In this document: one piece after another, positions 1-12,715 of the stretch | Numbering within the stretch: position 1 is the first letter of the stretch | Layout: each line of letters starts with the position of its first letter | Source of the DNA: Macrostomum hystrix | Lineage: Eukaryota; Animalia; Platyhelminthes | DNA: 64,000 nt | Assembly (NCBI GenBank): GCA_950097015.1 | Contig: CATNEN010000026.1 | Location: 1,116,001 to 1,180,000, forward strand | Direction: 5' to 3' | The notes under the pieces: generated by a model | Told to the model about the DNA's origin: nothing | What the model saw: only the letters and a program-made list of their open reading frames with translations | The model's database searches: none | Program-made: the position numbers and the translations under genes

Positions 1-361
1 GGTTGTGGATGGGTGAATGGTGGAGCCAGGTTGTGGATGGGTGAATAGTGGAGCCAGGTTGTGGATGGGTGAATGGTGGAGCCAGGTTGTGGATGGGTGA
101 ATGGTGGAGCCAGGTTGTGGATGGGTGAATAGTGGAGCCAGGTTGTGGATGGGTGAATGGTGAAGCCAGGTTGTGGATGGGTGAACAGTGGAGCCAGGTT
201 GTGGATGGGTGAATGGTGGAGCCAGGTTGTGGATGGGTGAACAGTGGAGCCAGGTTGTGGATGGGTGAACAGTGGAGCCAGGTTGTGGATGGGTGAACAG
301 TGGAGCCAGGTTGTGGATGGGTGAATGGTGGAGCCAGGTTGTGGATGGGTGAATGGTGGAG
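1..361. repeat. 28-bp minisatellite (ggttgtggatgggtgaatggtggagcca), about 13 copies, truncated by window start
   Basis: Direct tandem periodicity of 28 nt with variants aatgg/aatag/aacag. Confidence 0.95.
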
Positions 362-1367
362 GCATGTTGCAGTTTAGCTAGCTATTGGATGCCCTTTTCG
401 TGTCACTGGTCTGAAAAATAAAAGCAACTCACTGACCAGTCAAACACTGGGTAAGCACAAACAGCAAGTCAGAGTCATCCAGTGCTCAAATATAACTTCA
501 CTGCACATACTTTTTTGTGGCCTTGTACCACTAAACTTTAGAGTAAGTAGAGAGAGAAAGCACAAAACCAAACAGCAGACACTTCAATGAGCAAGGCTGA
601 AGGGCAAAGGTTGGAGTTCAGTACTCAGTCTTGAGGCATACATCTGTGACTGAAGCTAGATTGCTAACCTGTTAACAGTCGATAAAACAACCTTAAAGAA
701 CGATATTACAAGCCCAGAGTTAGATAGCTAGCGACATTGGCACACTCGGTTGACTGCTTTTCCAATTGATAATTAGATTTCCCACCCTCCCTCGGTGCCC
801 AGTTACCCAAAACCAACTGCTTTAAACCTGATCGGACTCCGATAAATTTGTTTTTTTCGCCCTAGCATAGGGGAAAATGGTGCGACAGCGAGGTGGGGCT
901 GTAATAGTGCACGGTAAGTGTGTAGCTATAGGGAAGATTGGAATTGTATTACTTGGCTGGAGAGGAATGAACTGGCCAAGTATGACTGTTTAAGCTATGA
1001 GGATATAGACTTTTCAGTCAGCCCGCCCACACAGTGGCGGACAGCGTATACCCTAGCTAACAGTATTTTTCAAGCAAGGGATTTCGTCGGAGAAGTTGAG
1101 TAGAGAATTTTTTCAATCGCGGGCATTTCAGTTGCTTTCAGTTCTCTTTTCTTTCCTGTGTGAAATTTTAGGCAAAATTTTTCATTCAAAACAGCAACTT
1201 GAACAGAAACCCAATCTTCACTTCCTGATTGCTAAGACTCCGAGAATGCTTTAAACAACAGAGGCTTAATAACGAACCAGTTGGGACAGGATTCTAGATT
1301 AAATATTTCCCAAATCGATTCCGCAGTATCTATAGAGCGCAAAAATTGATAACTCTGATTTCCTTAC

Positions 1368-4300
1368 CATTTGGCCCTCGTCGATGCTGGAGCCGCGAAC
1401 AGACGAGCAGAAGTCATCGTCTACTTCCGAATAGCTCTCCCAGTGATTGCGCAAAAACTGGATGAGCTTGTCCCGCGAGGTGACGTAAGAGAACACAGTC
1501 TGCGAAGGTAGTGGTGATACGGCCAAACTCTTTAGAATGTAGCCATTCAAATCTTAAAGAACAGAGGGCTGAGTGGGAACAAGATAGGGGATGCAGCGAA
1601 TAGAGGAAAGAATGGAGAGGGTAAGGGGGAAGGGAAAAGAGGAAAGAGTGGGGAATGGAAAGATAGGAAGAGGGGATAGATGAGAAGAAGGAAAAGAGGG
1701 GAAGAGGGGGAGATTGGAAGAAGGGAAATAGGGGAAGAGGGGGAGATTGGAAGAAGGGAAATAGGGGAAGAGGGGGAAGATGGGAAGAAGGGAAATAGGG
1801 GAAGAGGGGGAAGATGGGAAGAAGGGAAATAGGGGAAGAGGGGGAAGATGGGAAGAAGGGAAATAGGGGAAGAGGGGGGAGATGGGAAGACGGGAAATAG
1901 GGGTAGAGGGGGGAAATATGAAGAAGGGAAACCGGGGTAGACGGGACAGATAGGAAAAAGGGAAAGAGGGGAGAGATGAGAAGAAGGGAAGAAAGGAAGA
2001 TAAGATAGATGGGAAGAAGGGAAGAAAGGAAGATAAGAGAGATGGGAAGAAGGGAAGAAAGGAAGATAAGAGAGATGGGAAGAAGGGAAGAAAGGAAGAT
2101 AAGATAGATGGGAAGAAGGGAAGAAAGGAAGATAAGAGAGATGGGAAGAAGGGAAGAAAGGAAGATAAGATAGATGGGAAGAAGGGAAGAAAGGAAGATA
2201 AGAGAGATGGGAAGAAGGGAAGAAAGGAAGATAAGAGAGATGGGAAGAAGGGAAGAAAGGAAGATAAGAGAGATGGGAAGAAGGGAAGAAAGGAAGATAA
2301 TAGAGATGGGAAGAAGGGAAGAAAGGAAGATAAAAGAGATGGGAAGAAGGGAAGAAAGGAAGATAAAAGAGATGGGAAGAAGGGAAGAAAGGAAGATAAG
2401 AGAGATGGGAAGAAGGGAAGAAAGGAAGATAAGAGAGATGGGAAGAAGGGAAGAAAGGAAGATAATAGAGATGGGAAGAAGGGAAGAAAGGAAGATAAGA
2501 GAGATGGGAGGGGAAAGAGGGGTAGAGGGGAGATGGGAAGAATGCTTTGAGACAGAGGGAGGCGGAGAGCGGGTATCAAACAAAGAGGGAAGAGCAGTGC
2601 TGGGAGAGGAAGGGGAGGTGAGTGAGAAAGAGAGCAAGGAAAGGAAAGTGATATATATAGACAGCTTGGTAATGGAAGATGAAAATGAATAGCTCTAGTT
2701 AATATCATCACACCACAAGAGATTCACCATAGTAACGAAAGCAGTTTTAGCATTAGGCAATCCTGAGATGGCACTCACCCTGTCCTCTTGGCGAGTGTGA
2801 ACCCCAATGCCGGTGGGAAAGAATGCGTAGACCTTCTCCTTGGTAAGCTTCACTATGTCAGCAAATCTAATCTTGATCTGCAAATTCAAATATTGAATAC
2901 TGATTTATAATTACAACTAGTTCGAGTCTATGATGAAGCTGAGAAGCAACATTTTTAGTTGTTCTTATGTAAATAATTAACTATTACCGAATTAGCTAGT
3001 AAATACAAATTGATGGACTTACATTTCTTTTAAGGCCAGGAATATTTGAATAGAAGCAAATGTGCCTATCTGTAACTAGCATTGTGCCCTGAATGAGGAT
3101 CTCGGCAACTAGGAAGCATGGAAATGCTGAAATGGCAAAAGCAAAATGATTATCTGATTAACAAATTTGATTAATAATAGGCCTACAATAGATTGTGTAG
3201 ATTGTTGTGAATTTGTATTTTTTATAAATCATTTGAATCCTAGATTTTAAAAATGTATCTCAAGCTAGAAAATGCATGTGTTTGTACACTCAGCAATTGT
3301 CAAAAGTTATACCCTCCAATCAAGATGAATTTTCTCACTTATTGTGAGTTATGAAACTTACCGCACAGCAACACTTATTGCCACTTAGGGGTGGCTTGGG
3401 TCTGCTTAATGGCATAAATTTGTATAACTTCAAAGGAAAAGTTCAGTCTAAGTAACACACATGAGTACAAAATGTTCTGGCAAATGACTAATTTACCATT
3501 TTCCAATGCTGCCTTTGGTGGTGTTGGCAACTGTATTCTTCACAATTATCAACTTTTTCTTCATTGTGACAGCTTAGTTTCTTAACTTAGGGGGACCAAA
3601 ATGAGACAAACTATTGTCTACTATAAAAGGGCTATTCACCCTCTCCTATCTCTCTGATGTCAAGGATGTTAGAAGGGAGGGATTATAAGAGGGGAAAAAA
3701 GGATGTGATGTGATGGACACAATTTGATGGATGCATACATGCCATAAGTTGCATCACACACCATAATTAAGAAAATTGTCATTTTGCTTGCAGGGTGGAA
3801 CAGACATGCAACAGACAGCAGTTATTGTGCAGTATATCTAAAGGCTACATATGGCTATTCATTTCTTGGTCTAAGTAGATGCCACCTTTAATCACTCCAG
3901 CCGATGCTAGTACCTATTTAACAGCTCGGTGTGCAAAAACAATCCACAGTTAAGTTTCTTGCAAAAGTACACAAATTTTTCGAGTGAGTTAGGCCTAAGA
4001 ATAAATTACCCTAAACTTCAAGGAGTGAGTCTGACACTAATCACTAGGCTACAACCCTTTATAATGTAGTGTTGTAATAACATAATAGCTAATATTGCAA
4101 CGACTATTAGGCCTATAAAAATAGCAAAAGAAAAAGATTTTTGCAACAAAATAGCTTCTTTCTTTTATTTGGTAGGGCCCATGCAAATTCGTTCATACAA
4201 ATTCAATAGTTGGTGTCTTAAAAATAGTTAAAAAGCAATTTGAATTATATAGCCTATACAGATTTATAAATACTTTAGAAAATAATGTCATAGGCCTTAC

Positions 4301-5009
4301 TAGTCTCACAAAAAATTATAGGCCTACAAAAGTTTTATCAAACTAGAAAGGTAGCTTATGCATGTAGAAGACCTAGCAAAGGAAATTAAAGCCTTACAAC
4401 ACAGTCAATATTGTTTACATAGTTAAAAAGTCGTAGTAAAATACAGAGTAGTCGGAATTAAAAATTATAACTTACACTTCAATATTTTCTCATTCAATGA
4501 CAGGCTAAACAGGTTGCATAATCGTTCATCTTTGAGCATTTTCCTGGTCACCAGCTCCCGCCTGCTAGAGGTTGGTTCGCCGACTCCGCCGCTGTCTTCT
4601 AGAAGTTCAATTACAGCATCATCATCTTCGAGGGTTTGCATAATCCTATATTGGCAATGCCCAGTTAAATGCTGACTGTACTTCAACAACTCGTTTTTAT
4701 AAGCGACAATAAGCCTAGGGTTGCTCGCCGTAAACTGATATCTGTCAGTCAGGTGACTTAAGAAGCGCTCGATTCTTTCCTATGCTAACCTCCCCCGCCT
4801 TCTTTAGTTTTAGTAAGACAGGCGTGGGACCATTTAGTTCCTTACTAACCTAATGGAATTGGTCTACTATAAAATAGTTTAGAAGGGGGTAAGGATTAGT
4901 CCACAAAATGTCGTCCGATGCGATGTGGCGTCTTTTAACTTTGGCCTTGGAACCCCTCCCAACCTCACCCGCTGGCGCAGCTCCGGTTGGCTAGCTGCCT
5001 CCGTTTCAT
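1368..5009 (-). CDS. GRAM (PH-like) domain protein, multi-exon, 3' end unresolved
   Basis: Phase-consistent exons 5009-4969 (tentative, MKRRQLANRSCAS), 4645-4476, 3126-3023, 2877-2779, 1499-1368, all with GT/AG ends. The joined peptide LCNLFSLSLNEKILKSFPCFLVAEILIQGTMLVTDRHICFYSNIPGLKRNIKIRFADIVKLTKEKVYAFFPTGIGVHTRQEDRTVFSYVTSRDKLIQFLRNHW follows the GRAM pattern as I recall it (ILxQGxxxxTxxxxCFYSNI...EK...PxxI...FxSxxSRD). A donor at 1367 implies more exons downstream that I could not place. Confidence 0.85.
1690..2510. repeat. Purine-only minisatellites (34-bp then 33-bp unit gatgggaagaagggaagaaaggaagataagaga) in the GRAM-gene intron
   Basis: Tandem periodicity. It explains the low-complexity ORFs 1414-2637, 1554-2711 and 2174-2692. 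Confidence 0.95.
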
Positions 5010-6930
5010 AAAGTGGCGTGATTTAGCCTCCCTTATCTGGAGCTATTTTTAGCTTTTCGGCCGAGGTTGCTTCGCGTTGCTAAGTTACAAGCAAAGGGTG
5101 GGGCTGATGACTGTAAGTGTACATGCTGTGCTATGCGCGCTGTTGGTGTCGAGAAAAACCGCATTCGTCCAACCCCCCCCTCGTGTGCAAAGCAAGTCAC
5201 GCCAGTCGTTTGTCCTATATCTAGGCTACAGAAAGGGTGTATGTAGTAAGTCGAATTTAGGATATTGCCAATAGCTTGTGCTAGGAAGTGCCACGAAGTG
5301 CTAGGCCGTAGCAGGGGCAGGCTCTTTTCGATCTAGTCTTATTAAAAGGTCTCATAATGTTAGCACTTGTACCTAGTTTCAATAGACTTTGACTAATACG
5401 AGTATGTTATCGGATTCTAATAAAGAGAGTTGAGTACTTTTTTATCGCATACAAGGCCGTAACAGGTCTGCCCCGGCCACTCATTGTGTGCTCATAGCAG
5501 TCTCATTCATGACTAAGCTTCTGGACCAAGCTATTTTTTTTAAATGCGAGACAAGCTTTGTGCGGTGCAAAAATAGATTAATTATAATTGAGGTTGAGGA
5601 CTGGGGTCAACACACGTCTCACAGCAAAGGCAGGTTTTGTTTAGAAGATTCTATTGCCTAGCTACGGAATTGCCTATCTAAAAAACGAATGCTAATAGAA
5701 ACTAGAGCTAACGGAGCATACTGTGCTGGTTATTGCAATAACTATATGTTCATTATTCGTGTAAATTATGCATGGGGTGTGTCTAATCACATGCTAAATT
5801 GTTTATAAGCCTCCCCAATTTAGCTTAGCTTTTAATACGAAAGAAAATAAAACACAAGCGTTCATGTCGCAATATTTTTTCTAATATAAAAAATTAACAG
5901 ATAAACTAACATAAATTGAGACTTTGAAATTGATTATCATCTTCTTAGATGAAGAGTTGCAAAAGTGCATATATTAAGTTTTAATGTTTGTTTAACACAA
6001 TTATTATGTCACTCTCATGTAGCTGTAATAAATGGCTGTAAAGATAAACAAATGTTAGCGCTGAACCTGGTCGAGTGGATATCAGTAAGCGCAAGGTTAA
6101 TAGAAGGAATTGCTACAATTTGGGTGGCTCGCTAAGTTAACGGACTGAACAGCAATATAGCCTTTCAGCTAACTTTTTGTTGCATATCTTCTGAAACAAT
6201 AATCAAGTTGCCACCAATCTAAGAACTTCACCTTTTCCAATAAGCATCAAATAATTCACACCTGTGTGCCGATCAGCATCAGTATTCAAATTCTATCAGC
6301 TTGTCCACTGCCATACCCCAATGCACAAACTCATACAAGGATATACAGTTGAAAAAATGAGTCGAGCTCACGAGACACTGCCGACGATAGCGAGTTTTTC
6401 GAGTCTGCCAAGTCCATGCAGTTAGGCAGACTTAGAGTCCGGTGCTTGATCTGCTTATGCGATGAGCGCAGTACGCTCCACAATTTGTCCATGGATCTGT
6501 TGCTCAATATATTGCTCAATATAAAGATGGGGTATGATCACACAGCGAAGTTGCTATCTGTTTGGAGCATACAGAGACAACAGAGAGACTATGCAAATTA
6601 GTTTTCTCGAGTCTACATTATTGAGGTCTATTTGTCATAGACAAAAAATAGACTGCGCAAAAATAGTGTGCACTTCTGCTAACATCTTAAAGTAAGTTTC
6701 CTGCCCCGTTGGGTCTCTTTTCTTTCTGAGTCATCACCTCATTCAGCGAAAAACTTATCATCCGAGACTTGTGTTTATGGTACCACTTTTCACCCTATGT
6801 AAGGCGCAGGAAATAATAATGTTCCTGGACTACTTACCAATGTAAGCAGTATGTTGAGTAAATAAAAGTGACTTTATATTTTTAATAATGCTTTTGTTAA
6901 GAATATAATTTTGTATATCTATCCGCTCAT

Positions 6931-9900
6931 TCATTCATCTACTGCGACTTCAGAAATATCCTTGCTTTCTTCAGCTTCCTTAGCGCTAATATCTAGGGGC
7001 ATGTCGTGCATTGTACCAGCATCGTCCATGCACAACGCGACCTGCATCGCCATGCGGTTAGCGCGCCAACAATCAGTTGTCAGACTGGAATTTCTCAGGA
7101 AATCCCGTATAAATGGGTCCCAGTATGAGCGCAACTCATCAGCAGACTCCAAAATCTGGACCACGCGAAGTGGGCCCAGGCTGAGCAGCACGGGCCGGCC
7201 GGTGCGCGGGCTCAGTCGCTGGCCGTAGTCGTTGATCTCGTATTCCTGATACAATCCAAAGATGTTGACAATAAACACGAGCCAGTCGAAGGTCCGGTCC
7301 GAGCGCAGTGTCACGGTAAAGAAAGAGACAAGGCTGGTCAGGAAGACCTTGAGACACGCCAGAAAACGACTCTGAGATGTTTAGGGATGGTTTGAATTTC
7401 GGGGTCGATTGGGGTTCTGGATGTTGAACCTCTGACTGGTAAACCTCTTACTGGTAAACCTCTGACTGGTAAACCTCTGACTGGTAAACCTCTGACTGGT
7501 AAACCTCTGACAGGTAAACCTCTGACAGGTAAACCTCTGACTGGTAAACCTCTGACTGGTAAACCTCTGACTAGTAAACCTCTGACTAGTAAACCTCTGA
7601 CTAGTAAACCTCTGACTGGTAAACTTCTGACTGGTACCCTTTGAAAAATAAAACTTTGCCTTTTAAACCACAACCTGGAATCCCTCAGTTAAATGCCTGC
7701 TGTTTATGCACTACATTTAACTTGTATTCCTCCATTTTTTTGTATTTCGTATATTTCGTAACCTGAAGTTAAATATAACCCAATGTTCCAAGTATTTAAT
7801 TTTTCCGTCTAGAATTTATAACCCGGTATAACAAGGGGGCTTAACTGCGCAGTCAGAACGCTCGTGACTATGTGCACTTCAAGCAAGTTAGCTCGTATAT
7901 AATTGTATGACTGCCTACTAGCCACGGAAATCAAGTGACAGTAAAATCTTTCACACTTTCACACTGGAAAACGGTAATGATTAAATGGTTACAGCTAAGT
8001 GGCTTATTATTACTATTAATAATCCGGGTCCTTTAAGTGGTTGTGGTTCGGAGAATAGATCAGGTCCTTGAGGGTGTTGTGGTTCAGGGAATATATTAGG
8101 TCCTCGAGTGTGTGTTTCGGAGAATAGATCAGGTCCTTGAGGGTGTTGTGGATCAGGGAATGTACCAGGTCCTTGAGTGTGTTGTTGTTCGGGGAATAGA
8201 TCAGGTCCTTGAGTGTGTTGTTGTTCGGGGAATAGATCAGGTCCTTGAGGGTGTTGTGGATCAGGGAATGTACCAGGTCCTTGAGTGTGTTGTTGTTCGG
8301 GGGAATAGATCAGGTCCTTGAGGGTGTTGTGGTTCAGGGAATGTACCAGGTCCTTGAGTGTGTTGTTGTTCGGGGAATAGATCAGGTCCTTGAGTGTGTT
8401 GTTGTTCGGGGAATAGATCAGGTCCTTGAGGGTGTTGTGGATCAGGGAATGTACCAGGTCCTTGAGTGTGTTGTTGTTCGGGGAATAGATCAGATCCTTG
8501 AGTGTGTTGTTGTTCGGGGAATAGATCAGGTCCTTGAGTGTGTTGTTGTTCGGGGAATAGATCAGGTCCTTGAGGGTGTTGTGGATCAGGGAATGTACCA
8601 GGTCCTTGAGTGTGTTGTTGTTCGGGGAATAGATCAGGTCCTTGAGTGTGTTGTTGTTCGGGGAATAGATCAGGTCCTTGAGGGTGTTGTGGATCAGGGA
8701 ATGTATACCAGGTCCTTGAGTGTGTTGTTGTTCGGGGAATAGATCAGGTCCTTGAGTGTGTTGTTGTTCGGGGAATAGATCAGGTCCTTGAGGGTGTTGT
8801 GGATCAGGGAATGTACCAGGTCCTTGAGTGTGTTGTTGTTCGGGGAATAGATCAGGTCCTTGAGGGTGTTGTGGTTCAGGGAATGTACCAGGTCCTTGAG
8901 TGTGTTGTTGTTCGGGGAATAGATCAGGTCCTTGAGTGTGTTGTTGTTCGGGGAATAGATCAGGTCCTTGAGGGTGTTGTGGTTCAGGGAATGTACCAGG
9001 TCCTTGAGTGTGTTGTTGTTCGGGGAATAGATCAGGTCCTTGAGTGTGTTGTTGTTCGGGGAATAGATCAGGTCCTTGAGTGTGTTGTTGTTCGGGGAAT
9101 AGATCAGGTCCTTGAGGGTGTTGTGGATCAGGGAATGTACCAGGTCCTTGAGTGTGTTGTTGTTCGGGGAATAGATCAGGTCCTTGAGGGTGTTGTGGTT
9201 CAGGGAATAGATTAGGTCCTCGAGTGTGTGTTTCGGAGAATAGATCAGGTCCTTGAGGGTGTTGTGGATCAGGGAATGTACCAGGTCCTTGAGTGTGTTG
9301 TTGTTCGGGGAATAGATCAGGTCCTTGAGTGTGTTGTTGTTCGGGGAATAGATCAGGTCCTTGAGGGTGTTGTGGATCAGGGAATGTACCAGGTCCTTGA
9401 GTGTGTTGTTGTTCGGGGAATAGATCAGGTCCTTGAGGGTGTTGTGGTTCAGGGAATGTACCAGGTCCTTGAGTGTGTTGTTGTTCGGGGAACGGACCAG
9501 GTCCTAGAGTGTGTTGTGGTTCAGGGAACGGACCAGGTCCTAGAGTCTTTTGATGGGATTATTTTGTAAAACTCACAGACAAGCTTTCCCTGTTGTGTTC
9601 AGCTAGCACTGAATCGTCATCAAGTTCTTTCACTTCCGTAGATTGTTCCTTCTTCTTCAGCTGATCCTTGCCTTGGAGCTGTCGGCGCATTCGCATCATC
9701 TGCTTATTGCGATGTCCCTGCCTCTCTATCTTGGCTTGGAGCAGCTTCTGTTTTTGCTGCTTGGTAATCTTGTTCGCCTTCTGATTGCGCTTATTCTGCG
9801 GAGACCGGCTGTTTGTGGGGTCTGGAGACTTTGACTTGTTCTTCTGCTTGGTCGCTTTTTTATCCGTGTTTTTCGTTTTATTTTGCTTTTCATATTTTTC

Positions 9901-9963
9901 CGGTTTCGTCTTCGTCTTGGCCTTTGAATTGGAGGATTGTTTCAAATCACTTTTTGGTGCCAT
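6931..9963 (-). CDS. Two-exon orphan protein (about 275 aa): Lys/Gln-rich basic N-terminus, hydrophobic central segments
   Basis: Exon 1 9963-9577 (ATG MAPKSDLK...ESLS, donor gtgagt, phase 0) joins in frame to exon 2 7371-6931 (acceptor ctcag, SRFLACLKVFLTSLVSFFTVTLRSDRTFDWLVFIVNIFG...stop). No family recognised. Confidence 0.7.
7428..7632. repeat. 15-bp minisatellite (ggtaaacctctgact), intronic
   Basis: Tandem periodicity; gives the VRGLP ORF artefact. Confidence 0.95.
8030..9548. repeat. 36-bp minisatellite with two interleaved unit variants, intronic
   Basis: Units of type caggtccttgagtgtgttgttgttcggggaatagat and caggtccttgagggtgttgtggatcagggaatgtac alternate in higher-order blocks. Confidence 0.95.
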
Positions 9964-11401
9964 GTCTGCCACTGGGGCTTGGTTGCAGTCGAAACGATTT
10001 TTTTTTCAAAATGTGGACTTTCTACGTTTATTATTTCCCTTTAATCTACACAGACTCTAGCGTAGGACATGTAGGAATGAACTTTTTTTGTAATCTGGGA
10101 CAAAGACAACACCGAGACGCAAAACAAAAGGTTGGGGGGCTCTTTAGAAAATCATTATTCTATGTCCATTCCTTAAGTATGCCTGGGTAGTTTCCTTGAA
10201 CTAAAAAATATAACTTTTCAACTTTACCTCAAATGTGCGTTAAAATTGTCTATAAAAATTACTTCCTTTACTTGTGGATAAATAAAACTCACTTCAATAT
10301 TTTTTATTGCACTCATTGGTAAGAGAATGAATGTCTATGGTAATAGTTTAAAGAAGTGAACTAGAATTTTTCTAAGTAAGTGAAATTCATCAGAGCAACA
10401 GATGTAACGTTATACTCGGTGGTTATACTGTTATCAATCAAAGCACAACAGCCTTGTCTTTCCTTCATCTGTAGAAATCTAGCCTCTTCCACAGATTCTA
10501 TATTCTTCCACAGGTAATATAGAATCTGTAGCCTCTTCTGTCACGTCAACAGTTCTCCATGAACTCGTCTTACTCCCTTGATTGTTGTATACAGAGTCCT
10601 GTTAAGCTGACGACTGATTGTCTGCGTTGCCACAAGATGTCCATAGACAGTCATTCACCATCCCGGAGCGCTATAACACAGTTTTGCATTCGCTGACAAC
10701 AACGTTTATTTTGTGATTTCTGACAGCTAGCTTTGAAAATGAATAATACTCGTAATACAGGAGCTTCTATACGAGACGGCTATCTTTTCGACACAAAATT
10801 AGATTCTGAAGTGCACCAGCTAGTAGACGAAAAGTTTTGATCGGATCATTCCGATCAGAAATGACTGAGAAAATCCCTATTACGACTGGAGTATGCGGTG
10901 TTGTATCTTTTGGTCGCCGTCGCAGTCAATATTTAGATTTACTCATGGCTTAACTCGAAGTTACGAATAAAGTGCTCGAATTCCAGCCAATATATTGAAA
11001 GGCATGAGCAGTATTGAGGATGCTGGAATCCCTAGCTATCCAGCTAAACAATGCTATTATGCAAATAATGCGTGTTCGCGACATCCGATTCCAAGGGGGT
11101 TAGCTACAGAACATTAACAAGCATCGCGAATGGAGACTGAGCTTGCAAACATGCTGACCCAGCTGTATGCAAAAACGGGAAATCGTAAAAAATAGCTAAG
11201 AAATAATATAGCAATTGCTCAATTGCTGGCACAGCGTATTCTCGTTGCTTGAATTGTCACTGGGCCGGCATTTGTTCAGTTGCTCGGCTTCTCCCAGAAG
11301 TTGTTGCAGCAGATCCGCGTGATGTCACAGGGAATCAGAGTCTTTTTGGGCTCTGCGGATGTCAACGAGAAATTAAAATTCAATTCGGAAACGCTTTAAA
11401 G

Positions 11402-11884
11402 CAGGGGTCGGCAAACTCCGGCCCGCGGGCCAAATGCGGCCCTCGAAGCTCCCAAATCCGGCCCGTTGCCCCTTCCAACACCTATAGTATCCTGTCTCAT
11501 CTCTCCCGTGTCTCATCTCTCCCGTGTCTCATCTCTCCCGTGTCTCATTTATCCCGTGTCTCATCTCTCCCGTGTCTCATCTATCCCGTGTCTCATCTCT
11601 CCCGTGTCTCATCTCTCCCGTGTCTCATCTCTCCCGTGTCTCATCTCTCCCGTGTCTCATTTATCCCGTGTCTCATCTCTCCCGTGTCTCATCTCTCCCG
11701 TGTCTCATCTCTCCCGTGTCTCATTTATCGCGTGTCTCATCTCTCCCGTGTCTCATTTATCCCGTGTCTCATCTCTCCCGTGTCTCATCTCTTCCTTATA
11801 TCATGTTTCTATAATCAAAGCGGCCCGCTGTCGTCTTTTAGATTCTCTCTTTGGCCCGCCAGCTAATAAGTTTGCCGACCCCTG
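11402..11884. mobile_element. Non-autonomous hAT-type DNA transposon (MITE) with internal 16-bp minisatellite
   Basis: Perfect 16-bp TIRs caggggtcggcaaact (11402-11417) and agtttgccgacccctg (11869-11884). Perfect 8-bp TSD ctttaaag (11394-11401 and 11885-11892). An 8-bp TSD with CAGGGG termini is typical of hAT/Charlie-like elements. Internal array cccgtgtctcatctct about 11490-11790. Confidence 0.93.
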
Positions 11885-12287
11885 CTTTAAAGGGTTGTGA
11901 TGACAAATAGCAACGCCCCCAGCAATGTCAGATGTACAAGTTTACATCAAAGCGTCCTTGACACCAGGCTCAGGTTTAGGGTTTGGCATCTGCAACTTAA
12001 GGAAAGACAGAAACATGGATCTACTTGGACCCGATTCGCTTTGATTTTTTAGCCCCGATCAACGGCTGACCGAGCTACCACCTGGTTGCACAATGTAACT
12101 ATATCGATTGCTAAGCGGATTGTCGGGCCAACAGATCTGAATTAATTTTTTGTTTTTGCTTGCCTATACCGGTTATTGAGGCCGAGTGTGTAAGTCAAGC
12201 TAAGTTTCCGTTCGATTCACTCTTCGTTCCCATTTTGGCTCACTCTTATTGTATATATTATAATGCTGCTATATGTGCTATATGACA

Positions 12288-12715
12288 TGCACACACTACA
12301 CACACACTACACACACACACTACACACACACACTACACACACACACTACACACACACACTACACACACACACTACACACACACACTACACACACACACTA
12401 CACACACACACTACACACACACACTACACACACACTACACACACACACACTACACACACACACTACACACACACTACACACACACACACTACACACACAC
12501 ACACTACACACACACACTACACACACACACACACTACACACACACAAACTACACACACACACACTACACACACACACACTATACACACACACTACACACA
12601 CACACACTACACACACACTACACACACGCACTACACACACACACACACTACACACACACACTACACACACACACTACACACACACACACACACTACACAC
12701 ACACTACACACACAC
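12288..12715. repeat. Compound (CA)n-CT microsatellite
   Basis: (ac)n runs punctuated by t; source of His/Thr and Val/Cys ORF artefacts. Confidence 0.97.

Noticed and set aside
918-1103. 61-aa ORF with protein-like composition
   Set aside because: GTG start directly after a stop, no recognisable motif, and on the strand opposite the GRAM gene.
1414-2711. Long ORFs of 407, 385 and 172 aa
   Set aside because: Translations of a purine/pyrimidine minisatellite within a GRAM-gene intron.
6331-6601. Short overlapping ORFs on both strands
   Set aside because: No splice-compatible extension or homology recognised; may be 3'UTR of the orphan gene.
8112-9569. ORFs with (IDQVLECVVVRG)n
   Set aside because: The 36-bp repeat is in-frame by arithmetic, is intronic and antisense, and is broken by a 2-bp insertion near 8703.
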